DNA of 64,000 bases from assembly GCA_002633005.1 (NCBI GenBank), contig NMRA01000052.1, forward strand, positions 1 to 64,000, given 5' to 3'. A model generated the notes under the pieces. The model did not search any database, had not been told where the DNA came from, and was given only the letters and a program-made list of their open reading frames with translations. Below, in pieces: positions 55,501-64,000 of the stretch. Within the stretch, counting starts at the first letter, position 1. Every line of letters starts with the position of its first letter. Origin of the DNA: Phoronis australis. Its lineage: Eukaryota; Animalia; Phoronida. The translations under genes and the position numbers were made by a program.

Positions 55501-58092
55501 GGTTAATTAACATTCTCGATATTACCGCTAGCTGTTGCAGCGTCAAAGGGGTCCGCCCCCTAAATACGTATATGTATATGTCTGAAGGCCCATAGTTTGT
55601 GATGCTTGCTTACGAAAAAAACATGCTGCCTGAGACCAACCACACATTCTTTTGTTATTTTGTTCAGTTCCGTGTTTGTAACAACGGCACTCTTTTATTA
55701 TGTCATCTATACAGAAAAGTTGCCAAAGTTCAATATCCTAATACAATCGTGCTGTTATAGAAAGGTTGAAGTCAATAGTGTTTTGATTATTTATTGCCGT
55801 CACTTTTCCTATCTTTTGATTGCCTAATAATGAAACTACTAATTCGGATTTTAAATCGCACTCAGCCAACGATACTACATGTACTTATGTTGTACTCGAC
55901 CATGGTATGGCCAGTTTTGCAATCGGTTGCATTCTAGGCACAACTACATGTATATATTCACTTAAGATTTAAACATGACATCAGTTTTGGGCGTCCGTTG
56001 TTTAAACTGGCGGGATCGACTGTTTTCCTTGGAGCCCATGCTGTACAGCTGAGTGGTGGATAATCCGTCACTGAAGTTCGGTGAGTAACTAAGGTGCACC
56101 TTTTACACTTGACATACTATGCGCAGCTGGTACGCAGATACGACACGTGTAGCCCAGTGTACACTAGATTAGATGAAAACAATAAATTGCATTGTTAGAC
56201 GAGTTTCCGCCAGCATTAACGGCTTAACGTTTCTGCCCGCATCATTAGTGTTTTAGCTCTTCCAAAGACGGGAAGTGTCAATTTCAAATTTGCCACTTCG
56301 GAACTAGTACTGAACCATACTTTGTGCGTGTAAATTAAAGTGACTGAAAATTTACTGAAAAAATGGGTGCTAGAATCTGTCAGTCTTTCTCAGCTGAAGT
56401 GAACTTTCATGGGAAGCAATTGGGAAGTCGCTACAAAGTGTACCGGGGAGGATATAGTGGGGAGTAGAAACTCAGATTACAATGAAATTTTGTAAGACAA
56501 AGAGCATTAATTGAAGAAATTCTGGTGAGCAGTTCGAGAGGAAGAAAAGACAGCATCCATAGTTATAACTAATGGAGACGGGGGACACTTATTTTTTGTA
56601 AATTTATTTCAAGACAACTGAGACAGTTGCTGGCCCGTCAGCGGGGGGTGGTTCAAATTTCTCAGTAGTACGGTGGACCTTTGATATTTTACAAACCTCG
56701 ACACTGGAGAGTTTTCGGTAAGTCCCTTGACGCAGATTAACTAGGGGGGGTTATATACATGTACACAACGACGACTCTCAGCTCTATGTCTTCCCAAGAT
56801 CAGATGGAATTCGTAATACGAGAAATGATGATGCCCTGCCGGTTGCTCACAAAGAACAGGACCCAAATTCGGATGTAATGTTGTCCCAAAAGAGAATGTT
56901 CCCGCGTTACCCCCTGCCAAACTTTCAAACCGGACGTGCTTAAATGGGTGATTACACCTCATTACATACTCTGACGGAAATATTTAATCAGAGCATGATC
57001 GATTTGAATGTTTTGATCTGGTTGTAGTTTGCCGTGTCAACTTCTTACATCGTTGGAAATGGGAACAGCTCAGTACTCCAAAGGTTCACTACTCTGGAAG
57101 GTTCACTACTCCGAAAAGATCTGACTTGGGTGTATCAGCCCTCTTATCTGCAAAAATAAACGATACTTCGGTTATTAGATGCGTGGTGTACCTATGCTCA
57201 ACGCCCGGATTTGATGCCCATGCGAAATTGCCCGCATGTCCGGAATACGGAAAATGAGTAGGCCTACGAACTTGAATTTTTAAAAGATTATGAAGTAGGA
57301 ATATTGATGAATTATCAACCACAATGCATTCATCAAATCCATGTCAACGGTCGCATCATTTCATAGCCTGACTGAGCTAGTTGGGGTTGCCGCCCCTCAA
57401 ACTCACCCATCGGAACCACGCGCATGGCTGGGTCGAAACTAAATGTAGTTAGTGAGCTACCCTGTCCCTGTCAGTCTTCACGATGTCGGAGAGTCCCATT
57501 CAGTGTTCTTCAATTTGAAACCGCCGCTATTGGTCGCTGAAGTCCAGAGCCGATGTTGTCCCTGCTTGAGACTGAATGAATCGTTACTGAGTTAAATCGA
57601 AGATTCACGATTGGCAGTGATTGGAACTGAGCTCATCTGTAAACAATGTATTCAATGTTTTAAGAACTATTCAACTTTTGTACACCCATTTAATAGTTAC
57701 TAAATGGGCACAAATAAAATACTTTTCTCATGTCAGTTCCGACTCAGTCGTTATATATATAGCAGACAATCAGAGTAATGAACTGTCGGAGTCATGGTTT
57801 CGGAATTGTGGACATTCCGGCGAAGTTGTGAACTTTCGAAGGCAGCGAACCTTCGCAGTAACTTCTGAGTAGTGTACTTTCGGAATGATGAACCTTCGGA
57901 ATAGTGACATGTATCCTTGGAAATCTTTTACATCAAGTTTTTTGCTCGTATGACGCCCGCGAGGCTGTGATTGACAAGAGAAGATTTTCTTCATTGACCA
58001 AAATTTTTATTAGATCTAGACCTACTTTTCCCTATAATAATGTGAAAATTCTCGTCGGGGTTTTAGCGTTAGTGCAAGAAAATACGGTAGTT

Positions 58093-58221
58093 CATGGGCG
58101 GTGCAGCACTGCCAAAGTGAGGGCTATAGCCCCCCTGTATACTTGTGGTGCACCGCACCCCGGCATGGGGTGGCGCATCACTGAAAAAGTGGCGACTATA
58201 GCCTATGGTGCGCCGTCCATG
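58093..58221. mobile_element. Small TIR element (CATGGGCGGYGCA ends); relatives at 37929-38001 and 43247-43318
   Basis: CATGGGCGGTGCA...TGCGCCGTCCATG. The same type of termini flank the roughly 73-bp copies in the CLC intron. TSD is unclear. Confidence 0.55.
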
Positions 58222-59751
58222 TAGTTAAATGTCTGATTTTTTAGCAACAACGGAGGACTGCCTATTGTGAATTTGATTATCATCGGCGTGTACTGAATTT
58301 AAGAGTATTTAAACTCATGCACACACGTGTACACGCATGCATGTCATCCACCAATCCACAAACAAAGTTGAATTTGAAAATGCCTGCACTTTACCGTACT
58401 CTGCTACTATGAATACAGCAGAAAAACCTACTTTCTGCTATTTTGTTTCTTGGTCGATTTTAACTGAACGTTCACACGGCACTACTTTCGGGGAGCTCTC
58501 TCGCTGGTATATAGCCTATCTAGGTATAGACATTTACTTCTAGACTCTCGCGTTACCCTGTTATAGCCACCACGGGCGTTCAATGCCGATGAATAACATA
58601 AAGCCTCTTCTTAATCGTCTGCACGATCCTCTATATCATCAAGCACCATTCGGACGAAGTTTAGTGACCGGGTACGACCCGATAATTATAAATTCAAATT
58701 ATTAGTGACTTAGTTATCATTGTAGTTAGTATAGTACCAGTAGGCCTAAAGTGCAACAATTTTGTTGTTGTTGTTGTCCATCTTCAACACGACAGCGTTT
58801 TCGGCCCATTCAGTGACTTTGCCAGACGTACTTATAGGAGCCTGGTTCTCAGTGAGCGTGTGATAACATCTAGCTTCTTTGTTAACTGCCAAGCACACTC
58901 TTTTGTCTTTCTTAAAGCGGACTTAACACAAGTTTAATTTTTATCGTAAAGTTGACTGGAATTTAAGATTTGTCTTGGTTAAGTCAGCTTTTTTGGAACG
59001 GGTCCCAGGCCTACAACGAACACAGGACTTCATTACGGGGGTGATTTCATCTGGAGGCACTTAGTCAGAATTCCGCTGGGCAGCAAGACTTGCCATGCAA
59101 TCATCGGAAGACGGGGCCTTTCATCCGACAAAAGTGAGGATGACGGATGTATCTTGAGATAGGAAAGTAGGCCTGCATGTACTTATACGCAAAAAACTGC
59201 ACTACTGTCGAAGAACCCGAGCCTAGCACGGTTTATTCTTACCCGACTAAGAGATTAAAAACGCGGCCAACAATCATGACTAAGCCTGGGCTTCATCAGT
59301 GCAGTCGCAGAATGCTGCTTGAATTCGTATAGGATGACAAGCACATCATGGACCACCAAGAAGACGATCGAGAACAAATTCAGCGTAGGTGAACACAACA
59401 TTTCAGGTGGAGACTGTAAAGCGTGTACCGCCGGGCGGAACTAGCCTGATTGATTTAGAGTGGGCCCTATTCGCCGCCGTGGGTAGGGTTCAAACGAAAG
59501 TTCAGATTTCTAGTATATAATATGGTTTGCATGTTATTCCCGACAAATATGCTTGCTGCATAAAGTCTTGTAGTAAATTTGAATCTCTCGTGAGAACTCG
59601 ATCATGGGATATACCCGGCGCCGATTCCGCCGCCCCACCGGGCGCAGTGCTCTCCCGGCAAACAAAAGTGATGATTTACCGGCTATCCCGGTCTGTAACT
59701 TGATAGGCCTAATGTAGTCTTGTATATATGTTGTACTTCGCCGGGTCTACT

Positions 59752-59846
59752 CACAGGCGTCCTCAGCTTCTGATCGTCCCCAATACACTACATATAGTAG
59801 TATTATGTAGTGTATTGGGGACGATCAGAAGCTGAGGACGCCTGTG
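59752..59846. mobile_element. 95-bp miniature copy of the 11959-12626 fold-back MITE
   Basis: Identical termini CACAGGCGTCCTCAGCTTCTGATCGTCCCCAATACACTACATA... TSD GGTCTACT at 59744-59751 and 59847-59854. Confidence 0.93.
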
Positions 59847-61669
59847 GGTCTACTGAGGTCAGACATATGTCGTATAAATCCTAGAGATTCATGTAACCTT
59901 TGCACGTTTGTTGTTCTTCACAAGGCAATCTCTTAGGGTTGACTGTGACATCCGAACACTGAAGCCGCCGGCGCCGCGGGGCAGACGCCGGCCGCCGGCG
60001 GGCGGAGCCTGATCAGTGATCACAGTTTTTTTTTTTATTCTGGCAATTGATATTTGGTACTTTGATTCCTCCACCCTTAATATCTTGAACCATTCAGTAT
60101 CTACTAATTCGATCAACTTGGTTTTTCCAACTGAAGTCATAGCCTATAGAAAAAGTGAGTGCCAACCAATGGCGGAGTACTAGCCGGTCGCCGGAGCCGG
60201 CCCGCGGGCCGGACTAGGGCCGGGGCCATCCATCCGGCCCAAAAATTCTCCCAGATTCCATTTGGCAGTTCGGGGGTGCGCCATGTCTGGCTGACGAGCA
60301 AAACCCTGGCTATAATACTCTGCGTCCCTGTATATCCACGCTTAAAAACATGTTCCCAATTGCTATTCGTTTTAACAAAATAGTTCTCCTTATTGTGTAA
60401 TATGTTATATACTGAAACTTGCCTTTTGTTAAAACAAATTGATTGTGGTACATTTTGGCCTTTTGGTAGGAAATTATAAGCTGTCTCATGGCGGCGAATC
60501 ACAATATACCCTTTGTAAATTCTTGCGCTCTGCTCGTACATAAGGTGGTAAATTTTTATATTAATAAAAACTTTATTTTCTGGCCTAGAAAGAAAATTCA
60601 AAGTTCTAAAATGCTTAGATTTTCGCGAGGAATTCGGTTAGGCAGGTAGATTTTTAAAATAAACTTTATTTTTTTGCCAATAGTCGACAGGCACGTAGTT
60701 TTATGGCATAATGAGGTGTCATTAAAGGATTACGTACGTGACCAAGCAGCCCAGGCAGCTGGACTGAATTCAATGGGCTATTGTGTTCGCATTAGCAAAC
60801 TCCAACCGTCGGACGAAGGCCGTCCGACGGTCAATTTTCAGCTGGAAAGGGTTCCTCATGNACTTATCTCTGCTGTCTTTCCTTTTCTTTTCAGTTTTTC
60901 TTCATTCTCTGTTAACACCTTGTCAGCCAAAGCAGAACTGTAACCCTTTGAGACTTTGTCGGTGCAAGTTGATCATTGAACCTCGATACAATTGTTCTAA
61001 TAAATTACCCAATATCGTATTGTTTGATTTTTTTCTCACCTTTAACAGGCTTCTGCAATCATAAATAAATAAATGAATACCCAAGTTGTATTTGCATTTT
61101 ATTGCTCAATCTCTTCTTTTATTTTTGATTATGTCATGCTGTGTTGTATGTAACAATGCAATATAGTGAAATAAAGTCAAGGTTTTACTTTATTGGTGGC
61201 CATTCTCTATCAATTCAAGTATTTTAATTTTCTTCAAATAAATTCAAAATGCTTTAACCAAAAATTTCAACATAAATGTTGAACTCAGTACTTTGTTTTG
61301 CAATAAAAAATAAGTGGACAATATTTTGATGACCAAGGCATGGGCCGAAACTCTTAAGCACCCAGCGTGTTCCATTTGTCTGCTGCGTTTTTCCTTTGGC
61401 CTAACGGGTGTCAGTTGGTGCCTGGGACAAATAGATACATTGCATAAACACTATCTGGGTAGGTTTTTGTTCCGTCTGAAGAAAATTTAATTTCTAAAAT
61501 ATCTTCTGAAAATGAACAAAAAAGTGCATTAGTAAAATCTACAAGTTTTTGAGTGGTCTCAAAAAACAGTCGGTAAATGCATTAATTTTAGTCTCAGTTC
61601 TTCCATGCGTGTTTCTCCCGAGAGGCTAGTACCTAACGTGCAGACGAGCACTCCAAATTGGAACGCTGA

Positions 61670-61735
61670 GTCCCGCGTGGCTGCGCTGCACGCGAAAGAA
61701 GATGGCGGACGACCTTTGGAGCCTGACGATGATAG
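61670..61735 (+). promoter_or_regulatory. Candidate promoter/first (5' UTR) exon of TMEM165
   Basis: CpG-rich patch with AAGATGGCGG (YY1-type motif common at transcription starts) followed by a donor AG|GTATC at 61736. Confidence 0.5.
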
Positions 61736-62846
61736 GTATCCGGACTATATATAGCAGTCCAGTTTCCCAAATAATGAGAATATTTTCAAGTCATGGAAAT
61801 TCCCTCCATTAGAAGACAATTTTTGTCCATTAATAAAGAGAAATTTCCCCAGATATGGGAATAAATTTTGAACACTGTATCGAGAGCATTAAAGTAATCG
61901 ATTGATTTGGGAAAGTGCTTTTGAAAATATAGGCAATATGTTGCCAACTCAAGTGCTTCGTACAAACTTCCTTTGTATTGGCTACCCTGGCACTAGCCAT
62001 CCTAGCCTCCACTTTACTATTATAACTAGTATCAGCTTTCATCTAATTGCTTATTTATGCAAAGTAGGTCCATTGATAGCTTTGTTAAACATTCTAAATC
62101 ATATGCAATGAGCTAAACTAATAGGGTCCATCCAGGGCTTCACAGGGACACTCGAATCGTGCCGTATTTACCCACAACGCCACGATATCTGTCAAACACG
62201 TCTGTAGGTACTTGATTTCACGCTATTGGAGTTCCACATGTTCTTTGTTGTTGTTGTTGTTGTTGTATTCGTTACAAGTTTTTCTGTGCTCCATTACTCT
62301 ATTCGTCTTTCCAATGCCAATGAAGTATAACTACTGTGCTTTGGGCTGCAAGTTGGATTTCAAATCTGTGGATGCATGATGTTAAGCTCTTGGCCTTCCC
62401 AAAATCAATCAAAGACAAGCTAATACGGAGTTTGTCGGGTCAATTTTGAACCAACCAGAATCCCTTTTTTAAGAAATCTTAGGAACATTTCCACGGCCAT
62501 ACATTTCGACGATGTCGGACATGACCTGTGAAAATGTGCCATAAATTCCAAAACGAGGACAATGAAAATAGGGCTCTTTCTTACCTCGGCGATGAAGGAG
62601 AGCTCTATCTCTGTGTAATCTAGGATGGTTCGATATTTCAAAAGTTTGTCTTTATAAAATAATAATGTTTTGTAATGTACTTTAGCTAATAGTCACTTAC
62701 TGGATCCCACATTCTGTGAACCAGTTTCTCTACTGAATTACAGGCATCAAACTGGTTCTCTACGTGCTGGACCCCTGTGTGTGACTATTGCTGTACTTTC
62801 TGTAACACTCCATTTAGTCCTTGACATTTTTCAGGTATTTAACAAG

Positions 62847-63729
62847 ATGACACATCTATCAGGAAAGAGACTCACAGAACTTGTGATGACAATGTCAAGG
62901 GCTGTTGATTTCAGGGTAGTGTTGTTCGCAGTTGTTTTGGCGATGTCGAGCGTGTCTGCAGTAAATGGAGAAAATGCTGCTGCACCGATGCCTGACGCAC
63001 AGGTACGATACAGTATTGACTGGAGCATGGTTCTACCTGATGGAATATTCAAACGTAACATACTACTTAACAAATATTGAAGTGTCTTACATGACATACT
63101 AGTAATCTTTCTCTGTGGTACTTCAGCATCAAGTTATGGAATTTAATGTTTACTTATGAGTAAGAAGTTAAATTTCCAATGCATTGGCTTCATTCCGAGA
63201 ACTTATTCTATTGGGGAAGATTTTATCTGTGCGCATAGTGATAAGTTGGTATTCCACACATTGTTCAGTTTTAACAAAAATGTCAAGCGATACTGTTCAT
63301 ACTACTCTCACAATCTTGTGGTTTCAGTTTTGAACTTTGTATGGAACATTGTAGGCATAATGTTAGTATGAATATCTCTCCTTTTTGTGGTTGTGTGTGG
63401 CTTGTTTTAGAGTTATTCTAAGGCTACTCCCTGTAACAGCATCGCTTCGTATCTTTTAATTCATTCAAAGTTTTGTCCATTATATTTACAGCAAGCTAAA
63501 GTTGAAGGAGGTGGAGAGGATAAATTCCATCACAAAATTTTAAAAGTGATCGACAAACAACAGGACCTGGGTTTCACCCATGCTTTTCTGGCGTCCCTTT
63601 CCGTCATTATCGTGTCGGAGTTGGGTGACAAAACTTTCTTCATTGCCGCTATTATGGCGATGAGGCATTCACGCATTGTCGTTTTCGCTGGCGCTATCGG
63701 CGCTTTAGCGTTGATGACCGTTTTATCAG
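62847..63729 (+). CDS. TMEM165: TMEM165/GDT1 (UPF0016) Golgi Ca2+/Mn2+ exchanger, first two coding exons (gene continues past the window)
   Basis: Exon 62847-63002 encodes a signal-peptide-like segment (VVLFAVVLAMSSVSA). Exon 63492-63729 encodes GFTHAFLASLSVIIVSELGDKTFFIAAIMAMRH with the E-x-G-D-K-T signature. Phase-0 junction. Confidence 0.92.
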
Positions 63730-64000
63730 GTAGGGAATTGCATGGTCAGTCTTTGTCGTGACCTTAGTCAGCACTGTCATGTTCAAAGTGAGAATGAAAT
63801 CGGGATTGCAGCAAAGGTTCTATGATTTGGATTGCGGTTTTATTACGACTGACTACATTCGTTGGTGCGTGTGCTCTGAAAACACTTCTAATGTTCCTTT
63901 TGTTAGTATAATGGTCATGACTCCAGCAAACTGCATACCAATGCAATGATCAAAATGTTCTTATTGGAAACAAAATAAGAATTAATGACCCATGAAGTGC

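Noticed and set aside
59889-60601. 83-aa and 154-aa minus-strand ORFs
   Set aside because: No recognisable motif or splice context; they arise partly from GC-rich, stop-poor patches.

Overview
AT-rich animal genomic DNA with spliceosomal introns, probably from a heterozygous marine invertebrate (taxon inferred, not determined). Three host genes can be reconstructed. (1) A 5-exon secreted fibrinogen-domain protein (signal peptide, coiled coil, FBG domain; about 416 aa) on the minus strand at 5651-13620. (2) A CLC-3/4/5-type Cl-/H+ exchanger on the plus strand at about 28356-52507. A 5.8-kb block of its middle exons appears twice, joined by a single N, probably two haplotypes assembled in tandem. 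The upstream sequence carries two frameshifts. (3) The 5' exons of TMEM165/GDT1 at the right edge. Much of the rest is mobile DNA: a full-length but frameshifted Mag-type Gypsy LTR element (19123-23490), LINE fragments, a Penelope-like 3' end with a canonical minimal hammerhead ribozyme, a TatD fragment between short LTR-like repeats, and several MITEs with clear target-site duplications (TSDs), including a 668-bp near-perfect fold-back. The most notable details are the hammerhead ribozyme, a U12-type intron in the CLC gene, an 8-copy minisatellite that multiplies a splice donor, and a strong excess of TACATGTA, which looks like Tc1/mariner excision footprints. All calls were made by eye, with no database search.
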